Positions 1 to 12,556 of a stretch of 64,000 nt of DNA are shown in pieces. Source of the stretch: Botryllus schlosseri. Lineage: Eukaryota. Made by a program: the position numbers and the translations under genes. The number at the start of each line of letters is the position of its first letter. Positions within the stretch are counted from its first letter, which is position 1. The stretch covers positions 34,598,001 through 34,662,000 of the forward strand of contig CM119371.1 of the NCBI GenBank assembly GCA_051294905.1, read 5' to 3'. The notes under the pieces were generated by a model. That model was not told where the DNA came from. It saw nothing but the letters and a program-made list of their open reading frames with translations, and did not search any database.

Positions 1-311
1 TCTTTTCCGCTCAGAGCTCAAAATAACGTTTTACTCTCCAAATTGCCAGGTGGATGACTAGGAAAAAAAAAAAGGTCATCTTTTCGCTCAGAGCTAAAAT
101 CACCGTTTTTCACTCCGAAATACCCGCCGGAGCGTCACTTCTGTGCTAATTTGCGGCATATCACTCGCAATTTGCTCTAAATCTGACCTAAATTTTCAAA
201 AAAGAGGTCAAAATCTCAAAAAAGAGGACAAAAGGGCGTCCTCCGAGGACACTTTCAAAAAAGTCAAAAAAGAGGACAAATCCTCTTAAAAGAGGACGTA
301 TGGTAAGCCTA
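1..311. mobile_element. Right end of a non-autonomous hAT-like element (TAGGGTTACCATA TIR family, AGAGGACA subterminal motifs)
   Basis: Ends GGACGTATGGTAAGCCTA; the same terminal sequence and GAGGACA repeats occur at 24738-25073, 27745-27983 and 45859-46399. Confidence 0.75.
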
Positions 312-485
312 CTGTCAGCGAAACAGATGATAGAATGTGAAGCCTCAGAAAGTTATAACAAATTGATATACGCAACCCTCCCATACATCCATACGATGCA
401 ATTTAAGCCTTAATGCAAACTATATAAGTCCGATTTCATTCGCAGCAAGAGGTTTGCCAAGGTACGCACTGAGTAGTCTAAAACA

Positions 486-785
486 CGGTTGCCAGACATA
501 TGAGCATGCGACACAATTGAAAACGACGATTTAGCATGGGACACTAGCATGCGTCCTTTCAGCATGCGACTTTATAACGCAAAAACTAACCCAAACCCAA
601 AGCATAACAATTTACCTTTATATAGGCTATATCGTAACCCCAAGCCTTATCCTAACCCAGCCGTAAATCCAGCCATAATCCACCCTAACCCGTAAATTTA
701 CCGACATTATCATTTTTCGCATGCCCAATGATCGCATGCCGAAGTGTCGCATGATATAATGTCGCATGCTCACATGTCCACGGAT
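486..785. repeat. Small foldback/MITE-like element with internal TAACCC-type repeats
   Basis: GACATATGAGCATGCGACA (~495) is mirrored by TGTCGCATGCTCACATGTC (~760), flanking degenerate AACCC repeats. Confidence 0.55.
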
Positions 786-2066
786 AATATAACATATATT
801 GATAGAATACTACCAGTTCATGAACACGTAAGCTCCAATCTCTTCGCTTGCGATCAATTAATTTTTGTCATATCGACGACGGCTCAGTACAACCAGGCTG
901 TGTCATCATACAGGTCATGATATCGCGTTGATATGTGCAGCGACTTAGTCGACACCGATTACATTACTTGTTGACTTGAAATTGACTCTCAAATTTTGTT
1001 CGAGTCGCGAGTCAATCCATATTTCTACACCACCGAGTCGATCAAATTAAGCCATTTTTGCAAAGAGACCCGAGTAGAGTCAAAGCATCTGAAAAAGGTT
1101 ACTCGAGTCGTTCCAACACGCACCGAAGCACGACGAACATTATGCACTTCACTAAACTTCCTTAAAATTAAAATTCTTGTTGGTTCTTTGCGAAAACATC
1201 CCATAAATACTCTCTGCCTTAATCAGTCTCCCCCTCCCAGATTTGAAGAATATGTTACTTGTTTTTCACAAACTGTAAATAGCGAAAATAAAGTAAGTAG
1301 ATCACAAAATAGTACCAAGTAAAAGTAGAATCTGAAGAATACTTGAAATATTCTGGTTTGTGTGAACGCCAACCTTTTGATAGGTTCTATGTGCGCGCGA
1401 AAGCGATTTTGAGCACGAAACTTTGATGTCTTGTGAAGTCATATAGCAAATCCAAAAGCTATATCTCCATGAAGTAATATATCAATATACACAATACCTG
1501 GCAATGACTGATGCCACATTATGCCACGATGCTGAGGTACATGCCGAATTATTAAACAGCATCAAATATGTCAACTGTAACAATCAAACGCTATTATAAT
1601 TCAATAAAATCGATAGCAATTGAAAATCGATATTAGTCAGGCTATACCTCTAATTCGATCAAGACACACACAATGTATAAAGTGATACACAGAACAAAAT
1701 GCAATGTAATGAACAGATAGGAGAATGGCGAAACGACGCGCAGTTGCGGTGTCGGTATGTATGATCCACAGATCCAACACCAATGGTTTGCGGGTCTAAG
1801 TGCGACTGAGGTCGACTCCAGAATTCCTACCCAAGTGTAGGAGGTTTCTCTAGGTTCCTCCTCACCATTTCAATTGCTGGAAATTGTAATATAAGAAAAA
1901 GGTTCACGGTGAAGAACCTACAAGGTTCGCTTGCGAACGCGTACCTTTAAGTTTCTGAGACACACACAGAAGTGAACGTGGACGTCACGTTGACACAACC
2001 CTAGTGGCTACTACTCCGACATTACAATTGGGGGCGATCTCGACCGTTGATCCTTCTTAATTACAG

Positions 2067-3297
2067 AAGAAGTTTGCAGAAAAGAAGGTGGAATCTATAA
2101 TTCCGGAAAATGCTTTACACTTATTGTGGTTCCGTTGGTCGGCGTCGATCAGGCTATTGCAGTATGCGCAAATCAAGGAGATTTGTTGGCGGAGATTCAA
2201 AATTCTGCTCAACTAAATGAATTTGTGAGCCTCGCCCGTGAAAAGAAGCCAGCGGATGTGCCTAATCCATATGTTATCACTTTGGGAATGGGCTTTGACC
2301 CTGAGGTAAAAATGCTACCCCTCCACAGTCCACATGCATCATCATATGCTTAGGAATTGCCTAATTTTATAGACTGCCGTTAGCGGTAATTCTACAGTGC
2401 CACCAGCTTATTTGGAAATGGCATGTGCTTCATCTGGGGTCGGAAATGAATAAATGGCTGCTTGCGGACTTTCACGTATGATATTAGACGGACTGTCAGT
2501 CGCGTTTCATGCACTTGTATCCGCCTCACACTGTAATAGGAATATTTCGTATGAGGATGAACGCTCTGTGGAGATTGACTTGTGACTCAGAGCCTTGTGA
2601 CTTGGTTACAACACTAATATTCTGCATAAATACCTGTTCAAGTGGAAGCGGCGGTAGTTTAAAACATAGTGTGAAGTGTTAATATAGGACCGGCATAAAC
2701 ATTAAACAAGGTACCTCAGTGATTCGATTCTAAATCGGGTATTCGAATGAGGGTTGTGCGCTGTGACTGGAGTATTTTTATATGAATCGAGTAGTATTTA
2801 TATTGATCGATGAGTCGAGTAGTAAAAGTAACAGTTGTTCAATGCAACCGTGTGAACGAAAGCCTAACAAGATATATCGAGTTTTCTTGGAACGTGAATG
2901 CGATGAGATGGAATATGGACACCTTCACGCGCCTGAAGACATGTACCAGTAGTGCTCATTCGTTCAGTTCAGTTTACTAGCAATTTTTGTCAGTTCAATA
3001 CGGTTACTATTCGCTCGCCGCTGGTAGACTGCTATTCCAATGCGTGAACCATTTTGTAATTTTCTTTGTTTTGAACAGGCGTCGACTGTGACGTACAGAA
3101 ACGGACAGGAAATACCATACGATAACTTTTTCTGGGCTGGCTACGATGGCCCTGGTAGTCCTATTGCAGTGGCAAGTCTCACCCAAATTTACCTGATGGC
3201 CGATGCGACTGGTGTCGCGAACTTTGCTCCGGGCCTGCAAAACAGTCTATCGACGGTATCTTCCTCCGGAGTATTTTGCGAAAACAGTCCACAATAA
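2067..3297 (+). CDS. C-type lectin-like domain protein, last two exons (2067-2305 and 3079-3297); 5' exons not identified
   Basis: ttacag/gtaaaa and aacag splice sites join in frame: EVCRKEGGIYNSGKCFTLIV..AIAVCANQGDLLAEI..LGMGFDPE|ASTVTYRNG..FFWAG..GLQN..GVFCE*. CTLD Cys pattern present. AATAAA at ~3295 and ~3333. Confidence 0.8.
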
Positions 3298-3414
3298 TAA
3301 ACTGATGCTATGCTCGCGTTTTCAGTTGTTTGAATAAATTTGAATTTGAATGAAACGAAATCACCGCTATTTATGCTGAATGAAATCAGTTCAATTCAAT
3401 GTGAATTTACTTAT

Positions 3415-3982
3415 TTACAATTTCATCATTTCAAAACACCACAAGACTGGGAAACAATGAAAAGCTAGGAAGGCGTCGAAGGGTAGGCAGGTTATTGAAA
3501 TCAGACACCCACCTGTCGTAGGCGATGTAGAAAGGAGGAATACACACTGAATGAAAAGTATACGAAGTTGATATAAAATCAAATGCGGCAAAATTAGGGG
3601 CATGTGTCGGAATGCCAGATCAATATGTCAGATCGTGGTTCAGTGAACTTGAGGACTAATTATTATTGAGTCAATGGAAATTGTTTGTATTTCGACTTGA
3701 ATGCGGACATGCTCGACAACTGTCGGATAGCTGGCAAGATGCTGTTCCTCACTGCAGGTCCGGCATATTTGATAGAGCGAGCGACAACCACATGGTAGTT
3801 GGACGACGTGGACGTGCGTGTGTTGTACTTATTCACTTTCCATACCGAGGTGAAGAAGTCATTGAAGGTTTCGGGGCTGTAAACGCAGTGGAACTGATAC
3901 ATAAACTTGGAAGTTTCCAATTTCCGCATAACTGTTATGTTTAGGATACCGGATCTTTTCAACGGACGGACATCCTGGGCGC
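3415..3982 (-). mobile_element. 5'-truncated non-LTR retrotransposon (L2/CR1-group-like) ORF2 C-terminus plus 3' UTR
   Basis: ORF 3663-3962 (KFMYQFH..PETFNDFF..YNTR..SIKYAGPAVRNSI..FKSKYKQF) matches the typical L2/Crack ORF2 tail. The 3' UTR recurs at 27430-27735, 45330-45733 and 15400-15510. Confidence 0.75.
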
Positions 3983-3990
3983 GTTGGGGC

Positions 3991-5510
3991 CAATGTTCCC
4001 TCTAATTTTTTCAAGAGTCTGCGCAAACACGCCAACTCATTGCGCAGGTCCTCGGACAACAGTGCGCAACCACCCTCCAATAGGGTGATAAAACTAACTA
4101 CTGGTGGGCGAAGCCCCCCAGACCCCCTACGGCTCTAGGCTTCTTCCGGTACTTATCATGTACATTGGGTGCCCATTTACTAGTACCGTCCCTAAACGCG
4201 CGAAGCGCGAAATAATTTCTAGAATTCATGATTGCATCGGCCAATATGATCGGAAATTACATATATATTGCTATCAATTTTTATCCTCTCCCTGCTCGCA
4301 TAATCAGATTTACCGGTAGAGCTGATCCAGTGAGGTGTGTTGGAATAGATAGGCCCTCTAAATAATAATAAAACATCTTCGGGCGTACCCGTTGATATAA
4401 TGACTTCGTTAAATGATGCTATTTCGTGACCCCCTATCTGTTATGTCTAAAGATATTGAAATCGCCAAAACGTACTAAAGTAAAAGACGTACACGATTTC
4501 AAATCGGTATTTCTTAACTGGAAAATAATGTTCCCTCGATATGGCATTTGTCTTGTTGTGGGACTCGGATCGCCAGGACAGGAACATTCGGCGCCAGCCA
4601 TTTAGGCGCCCATGGACATGAACAATTACACATATATTTGTATATATCGAAGTTTTCGGTCAGCACCGGGGCAGTCTTTTTCGCCCAAGGTTTTCTCGCT
4701 GCTGATCGTTCTGCCGCACTTCTTGGATTCGGATGTTACATAGCCTTTAACTTCATACGTCTTGGCGCGTCATGGTGCGGTAATGGCCGACGCCCATCTG
4801 CCCATTTCTATAAATCACGCCTAATTTTTGTTGGGAAAGGGTACCCAATAATCAGATATCTTACAATAATAAAACGCGCGTAGCGCAAAAAAAAATTCCT
4901 GAAAAATTTCAAAAATGACACCATTATTTATGTTAATTCTCGAAATAATTTTGGACCCCCTTCGCGCTCGGCCCCTCCGATTGGGAGGTTTGGGGTGCGA
5001 AAGTTACGGTCCTGAGTAAATCTTACGCACTGTTCATGCCACGCGGAGAAGACTATCATTCGTTAGTTTCTCGCAGATTAACTTCGAGCTAGCCCATTGT
5101 TATTTATAACTTTGTTATACCATGTTATTTCGCCATTCCCAGAAAATAATGCGCTATTGAAATGATATCAGTATCGCTCACGTGTACGAGGCCATCCTAA
5201 AAAAATTCTTCAGTGAGGCGCAGGTGACTGTGAACTCTCATTTCGTCACGGAGCGCAATAGTTACCTTTGCAGGGTGCGCTTGTACCGCGGTTTCTGACT
5301 TCAGCAGTGAAAACACTATTTGGCCCTGGCAATGTTCCATCTTAATTTTCACGAATCTGCGCGCCTGCGTGGTCCATTGGACAACAGTGCGCAACAACTA
5401 TAAAAAAAAACATCATTTCTGATTTTTTGTGCGCAGCGTAAATTTTCTGTGCGCAGAGACCGTTTCAGCACTGAGAATTTGCGCACGTGCGCAGCTTAGA
5501 GGGAACATTG
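3991..5510 (+). mobile_element. Non-autonomous hAT-type DNA transposon, 1.5 kb (copy 1)
   Basis: TIR CAATGTTCCCTCTAA/TTAGAGGGAACATTG; 8-bp TSD GTTGGGGC/GTTGGGTC; near-identical inverted copy at 51065-52572. Confidence 0.9.
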
Positions 5511-6721
5511 GTTGGGTCCCTAGCTTTGATACGAAGGAGCTGTTGTTGTAATGTTTGCAGTGGCTTCAGTGCCCTAAAACTGGCAGTACTCTCCAACAGA
5601 TGATGCCATATTGTAACTTTGATTGGAATAATGATTTAAAGCAGAGATCTCACACCGAGTTTTTGATGGCGCCGCGGGCCGCAACAATAGGGCTATTCAA
5701 TGTATTTCCAATTAGTCCTCATTTGACGAGACCTTGCACACTGGCATTCCAGAGTCGTCATTAGAATGTGGTTTACCGTTGTGAATTCACGCATGGCACA
5801 GAAAAATCACACTCTCATATGTTTGAATAAAATTGCTGTTGTACTGGGCATATAGTTTGTTGAAATAATTAGTCGAAGACTCCATGCTAGAGTACAAATG
5901 AATCGTACGACATCGTAAAATCTGTCACGTTAAAATGCAGCTATAGCGGACATTTGAACGTGCCAAAATCATAAGTCGCATATTTTAGAATTTACCAATC
6001 CGGTTTCGGCGCAGGCCTGCAGGCTATTAATCATGCCATTACCAAAGTCAAATTATATCAGCGTGAAATTTACCTTTGAATATTGGAACAGATCAATAAT
6101 AACTTGAATATAATGATTATTGTGCCATAGCAATAGAAATATCGCATCGCCGAATAATCCACTGTTGTTACAGCTTTGGATCGCACTACTACTTTACTCG
6201 CCACCTTCATTGGGCGATAATAACTTAGACAAAGAGCAGACTTTTACAAACTACTGGATTTTCAAAAAACGCAACTAGCACTACAACTAGAACTACAACT
6301 ACCCAATTTTCAAAGACCGCAACTAAAACGAGAACTAGAACTAACGACCTTTACCATTGCGCCACTATTAGCCTACCTAGATCAGTGTTTCTTGACCGGA
6401 GTTTCCGCTCGCACAATGTAAGTAATGTATCAAATGTGTAGTTGTTGTGTAATGTGGTAGTGGTAGACTTCTGTTTTTGTGACTCACTCAAGATTAGGGG
6501 TTCCCCAAAGGCTTGTAGATTAGCGTACGGCATATTGTGCATAAATAAATAATAATTGACTGTGAAGAATTCTCATGTCGCCCTCGGTTATTCAATCTTC
6601 AAGACTTTGTCATATCGAGCCTCCCGTCTACCTTGCATGTCGCATTTCACTGTAACATTTTTGTAGTGTTATGTTGATATGTAATGTATACGAATAAAGA
6701 TTCTCTCTCTCTCTCTCAATC

Positions 6722-7067
6722 AATATCAACATAGCCCGATGTCAAGCCTAAAAATTGTAATTTTGCACAACGGAAATATATTTTCACCTATACCAATTGA
6801 TCATTGTAGCAAAATGAAAGAAGGGTATAAAGCTATCAAATTTATCATTGTGAAGCTTAACTGAAATACTCATATGCGTCTCATCTTTTTAAAATTGTAA
6901 ATCGGAAATTCTCTGCTGAGCCAACAAAGGGGATACAGTGGGTGCACTTAGTATCCTTATCATACGAGGTGCTTGAAGTTGGTATCTTTGATGGACCTGA
7001 GATTCGAATGCAGATGAAAGATTCTAATTTCATATTAAGAAAGGAGCTCACTACATGGCATTTCTTC
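6722..7067 (+). pseudogene. Chapaev3 (CMC)-like transposase relic
   Basis: Decayed translation SLKIVILHNGNIFSPIPIDHCSKMKEGY..LLSQQRGY..GIFDGPEIRMQMKDSNF..W follows the SLKAVLLHNGN..MKE..GQQGGYTK..GIFxGPQIR motif series. Family assignment is from memory. Confidence 0.65.
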
Positions 7068-7072
7068 TAGGA

Positions 7073-8591
7073 CAGAGGAGGGGAACTTCTCCGGTCGGCG
7101 GGTCAGATATGAGAAAATGAAGCACTTGGCGCAGCAGATTACAGGATATGTACATTTATCCAGCGGTTGTCAAAGTAGTCAAGTATGCTACTCAAGTAGA
7201 AGTGGAAGTAGCGACGAAAAAAATCTACTCAAGTACGAGTAGAAGTACTTCTTCCATAAGCAACTTAAAACTACTTGAAGTAGAAGTAGAATTGACTGAC
7301 TTTAAATCTACTCAGGTAAGTAAGTAGTTGTGAAAACGATCGTAATTCGTTCGCATGGGTTGTCAAGAGGTGCAAATTGAACTATGCGAAAGGTGCAGAG
7401 CTTGATTCATATTGATGCATTCCAAGAGGTATTCAATTTCCGACAGCATAAGCATTCTTCCGCATCATGGGATGTAAATGATACGGGAATGCGATACTAA
7501 TCCTCTGTTTAATCAAACAGCCCGTTCTAGAAAATATCATGGTATGGCGCCCTCCCCCATATTATGAGGCCCGAAATTCAGTTGCAGAGCAATACGGAGA
7601 AGCTGTATAGGATACGGTGTGAACACTTTGCGCGGTTATTAACCGTGAATAAAAATTATGGTTGTTCGTAAAAATGCCGTATTGTGTAGCTTTATTGTCG
7701 GAAATTAAGGGCATTACAACACTTGCTTTTATACTTCAACATGTATGTTATCGAGACCAAAGAACTGATATTAATTACAGCTCAAAGTATGATACTGGGA
7801 ATTGACCGTGAAATATAAATATTACTTCTAAAAGCGGAATATGTATTTCATATCTAAAGACAGAAAGTTTCCAAGGAGGTATGCTGGAACAGCTCGAAAA
7901 CTAAAAAAGTCAAAAGAACCCCTGGAACAGAAATGTCCAATCGACGAAGAATTCACTGGTGTTACAGCTATAGAGCGTACTACTACCTTACTCGCCACCG
8001 ATAATAGCTTGGATAAAGAGAACAAACAACACCCAGAATATAACCAACTATTCGTCACGGGGGTCACAGAATGCCAATTGTTGCCATACTGACCTGATCA
8101 GATATAGCTATATACCCGACGCAGCGTAAGCTGCCTTCTTTTGATATGTTACTATTCCCCATGACAGTTTCATAGATTGATGCGTCCGTAGGATTACCAA
8201 GTCACCGTTCCGAGTCGCAAGTCTATCTCTGATTTTAACGTTTGACCCGACTCAACTCGACTCATTTTTATTTAATCACCCAGTCAATCCCAAATCGAGT
8301 AATTTTACGAGAAGGCCACACCAAACCGAATCACAATTTTCAGTGACGAATCATCAACGGGTTATGTTTTATCATCATGAACTAGAAATGTGACGTAAAA
8401 GCTAATCTTCTACCACATGGTTGCTTTTAAAACTGATGTGATAGTGAAGTTGTTAAGATTTCAGTGATTTTTATAGTAATTTTAGGGTGAACTTCAAGTT
8501 TTTATATCTAAAAAGGACATGGCACTTGACTATATTGTTGAATACTTCAAATTACAAAATGCTCTCGCGGGCCGCGTGTTTGAGACCTCTG
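7073..8591. mobile_element. Old Charlie/hAT-like MITE with a nested truncated AGTAGAAGT-family element (7161-~7895)
   Basis: Ends CAGAGG../GCGGGCCGCGTGTTTGAGACCTCTG as in 9242-10437; 7161-7895 aligns with the left part of 41380-42533; TSD is poor. Confidence 0.55.
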
Positions 8592-9241
8592 GTTTAGACT
8601 TTTGGCATCGTCAAAGCGCATTCGATTTTGGTTAACTGTTCTATCTATCTCTATGCTTGGATCTGTTTGACCTCTCAGGTTGTGTGCAGTACGAAGATAT
8701 ATGTTTCAGTGAATATAATTCTTCGAGAACTTCAAGACACCCTGAGTTGTCCGATTCAATAAAGACTCGGCAGGCAGGTGAGACTTTGCGGTGAGCCGCA
8801 CATCGACACGCGATCCAGAAATTGGTACCAGCAGCTCAGCAGCATCTATATGGTATAGGCTACGCGAGTTGCGTCACGGCCGCACAGGTCATAGGTTTAC
8901 CATGTGTCCTCTTGAGAGGATTTGTACTCTTTTTTCAATAAATTGAAAGTGTCCTCGGAGGACGCGTAAATGACACTAAACGAGCATGCACCTGAACAAT
9001 CTTGAAAGTTTTACTTGCTTTGGTACAAAAGTTTGTTCGAAATATCCAGCTTTCCGTTTGCGAATAATTAGTGACTCTCTGCAGTGAGCTTGACCCGCAA
9101 TCACACAACATCAAGAACGAAATCCACTACATAGTCGTCGAATGATGCTTATTCAACCACTCGATGAAATTGATATCGTTGTCTGATGTGGAAAATCCAG
9201 CAGGCGTACGGGTTCCATCTTGATTCCATATATCTCTATTG

Positions 9242-10437
9242 CAGAGGTCTCAAACTCAAATGTGCTCGCGGGCCAATTTTCCAGTTTTGACGACGCCGCG
9301 GGCCGCAGCAACAACATGAGTATTCCATGTCTTTCAAACTAGGCCGTATTTGACGTGATGAAATTGTCGTATTGAAAGTGAGCCAATCCAATAGACTGAC
9401 ATTCAACACTCATCATAAAAATGGGATTTACTGTTGTATCAATTTAGGCCTGGCATGAGAAAAATTATCACATTTATAACTATTTGAATAGAAGTTTTGT
9501 TATATTTGATATATATTAATTATAAGATATAGACGCCATGTGAGCGGACAATTATATAATGTTATCGTAAAAGCTATCACGTTATAATTTTGCAGCGACT
9601 ATGAATATTTTGAATTTAACAGATTGATAATAGAGATTGATCTGCTATCACAGCATTTGGGGATTAGCAGTGTAGCCCAATCCAGGATTCGGGTATACTC
9701 CTGATAAGCTCATGGTCAAATACCTTCGAATATTGGAGCAGAAAAACAACAATATAAATCTATTAATAATTGTGTCATAGTTATAGAAATATCGGAACGC
9801 CGAACAACATCGTCACATCGTTGGAGCGTACCACTACGGTATACTCGGTACCTTTAAGTGGCATTAATAACATGGTTAGGCGACCCAAGATGTAACTAAC
9901 AGATTGCCAACGGTTGCCATAACTACTTGCTTAGTTAGCGAAATGCCAAGCTGCGACCTTCTGATATATTACTATCCCATGACACGCGAATATTTTGCTG
10001 CGTCCATGGTTCTAACCAATTCACATATTTCCGAGTCCATCCGAGTCCACTCCGGTCATTTTCATTTGGCCATCGAGTCAGCCCGAGTCCAAGTAATTCT
10101 AATAAAGGTCGCGTCAAAGTCTAACTCAAAAATTTCAGTCACGAATCGTCCAAGCATAGTGCTGTAAACGACTATCGTCTAAGGGACAGGGTTTATCATC
10201 ATGAATTGGAAATGTTGCAAAATAGGGAATCGCTACTGCATGGCCGCGGATAGTGAAGTTGGATGGATAGAGGCTATCGGAGCAGTTTAAGAGGGAATTT
10301 TCCCTTTACAACTTCAAAAGATATATGTGGCACTTATATGTTGTAAAATTTATGAAAATCTGAAATGTCGACGCGGGCCGCACGAAATGCTCAGGCGGGC
10401 CGCATGCGGCCCGCGGGCCGCGTGTTTGAGACCTCTG
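9242..10437. mobile_element. Charlie/hAT-like non-autonomous element
   Basis: TIR CAGAGGTCTCAAAC/GTTTGAGACCTCTG; perfect TSD CTCTATTG; GCGGGCCG subterminal motifs; internal sequence homologous to ~5660-6230. Confidence 0.9.
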
Positions 10438-11159
10438 CTCTATTGTATCATAAAAACCAAATCCGTGCGATTGGGGTGCTGTCTAGTGTCATATTGTACC
10501 CAATCACAAGTTTGTTATGTCCTATTCTGATTTCCGTCACGAGATGGTTCGAGTCTTGACTCTGCCGCGTTTCGACGTGTCGGAGGCAGGCCTATATCTG
10601 GGCTCCTTATCGCTAACCCCAATGCCATAGCAGTGTTTCAAAAAAGCCCAGATTGATGGTGAGCTGAGCCAAGAAAGTCGGCTGCAAAGACAAAGTTCCG
10701 AGTGCACGCAAAGCGAGAGTGACTGATGTTGGCAGCGCGCGAGTGTGGAAGTCGTCCAGAATGTTATGAAGGCAAATATACTGAACATTACCAATCATTG
10801 TCGTGAAGCACATGACCTTAATAGGCGATAAAGCATCGGCAGGGGGCGCGAAGCTATGGTCGCGATTTACCTCCAATTCAGAGTTATCGCTATGTGTATA
10901 GTCCTAATTTCATACTTGATAAATCTCTCATCAACAGTAATAACCGTCCATGCCATCAAACTATCCGTATTGCCGGCATTCTGGTTGCATTTTGTGATAT
11001 GACGATAAGGGAATCGCGAACTTTTTCACTATCATAAAGGTGGCGTTTCTAAAAAAGTTTGAGAGCCGCTGGCCCAAGTCTTTTCCAGGTTAGAAAATTT
11101 TAAGAAGCAATGTTCTAGTTCTAGTTTCGCATTTATGAAAACATAGTTCCGCATAGTCA

Positions 11160-11707
11160 CGCTTTTCTGATGACTCGACTTGACTCGCGTCATTTTCTCA
11201 AAATACGGAAATGACTCGACTCGACTCGAGTCAATCTGTGTATTGACTCGACTTGGACTCGAGTCATTACGCATGACTCGAACCAAGTCATATAACGCGA
11301 CACACAGATGGCCAAGACCGATATTTCATCGTAATTTCGAAGAATATTGAAGTACCCTCCCTATTCGGATTGCGTCTATTAGTATTAGTACTTGAAAATG
11401 CGATCAGAAACTGCTAAAAGTGAGGAAAACTACTATATTAGAAATGCGAACCATTCAATATCACCAGACAGAGTTATAAAAAGTGAGTTTAGCAAGATTT
11501 TAGCTGGAAACTGAGCAGTCAACACATTGACTTGGACTCGGACTCGAGTCATAATACCATGACTCGGACTCGACCCTATGATTGATGACTTGGACTCGGA
11601 CTTGACTCGGTGTTGTGTTGAAGATGACTCGACTTGACTCGAGTCAAATCTATAAAAGTGAAATTGACTTGTGACTCGGAGCCTATAGTGACTTGGTTAC
11701 AACCCTG
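11160..11707. repeat. Fragment of the GACTCGAGTC/GACTTGACTC-motif hAT family
   Basis: Dense GACTCG/GACTTG arrays ending GTGACTTGGTTACAACCCTG, similar to the termini at 50768 and 54341. Confidence 0.65.
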
Positions 11708-11842
11708 CAATGACGTATACAGGGGGTTTTGGGTGTCAAAACCCCTACCATTTCACACGTATACTGATGTTCATTTGGAAACCTATCCGATTGCAATGAA
11801 ATAAAATTTAATGAGATGCTTCGGAATTGAATCTAGCTAGGT

Positions 11843-12556
11843 CAGTGTTTCTTAAACTTTTGAGCGCTCGTACTTCTTGAGCTGTCATGAAATGTTTCTC
11901 GTACCCCTATTCGGGATGGAAACAGCACTTTTTCATGCCCCTTTCAAAGGCTGGTCTTGGGCCCGAGAGGGTTTCAGCACAACTTATGTGGATTTCAGGG
12001 TCACGAGGCATTTCAGCGACTAGAAATATTAATATCGACGGTTTCGCCGATGTGCTGTGATTTTAGGATCCAAATGCAGATTGCCGCCGCCGGTGCACCG
12101 AAGTGCCAAAGGTCTTGGCGTGCTCTGATGCGGAACCTACGGTCAGCGCTAAAATTTCTGAGTGTGATAGTCCTGCCCCAGCAGGTTTCATAGCGCTGGA
12201 CTAAAGCACCCCCATGACCTCATCAAGGCACCATTCTCTCGAAATTGCGAAGAAGTCTAGAGCTTGACTCATTTCTATAACTAATGCGTTATCTTTAATT
12301 AAGCCTACTATTACTTTGGCAGAGGGAATGGGACACCCGAATTTCAAGCAAGAACGCACTTGAAAGAGAATCGCGTTAAGCGCGAAGAAAATTTTCGAGT
12401 TGAAGAAATCCGACTAATAATATTCCACTTTATGTTAATTGGCAAAGTAATTTCGAGGTAATTAAATAGCGTATAATTGCACACTGCATCTCGTCCCCTC
12501 TACTTTGGTGCTTCGTAACCCCAAGAGTTCCGTGGACCCCTGTTTGAGAACCGCTG
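11843..12556. mobile_element. hAT-type MITE
   Basis: CAGTGTTTCTTAAAC/GTTTGAGAACCGCTG ends; TSD AGCTAGGT/ATCTAGGT. Confidence 0.75.

Noticed and set aside
586..692. Telomere-like TAACCC repeats as a viral or telomeric integration signature
   Set aside because: Degenerate and internal to a small foldback element, far from the EVE.
4548..5397. ORFs 4548-4883 and 5197-5397, repeated at 51683-52018 and 51175-51369
   Set aside because: Non-ATG starts and no recognisable domain; conservation is explained by recent duplication of a non-autonomous element.
11160..11707. CRISPR-like appearance of GACTCGAGTC repeats (also the GATTAC and AGTAG arrays)
   Set aside because: Irregular short motifs without constant repeat/spacer lengths, inside TIR/TSD-bounded elements in eukaryotic DNA; no cas genes.
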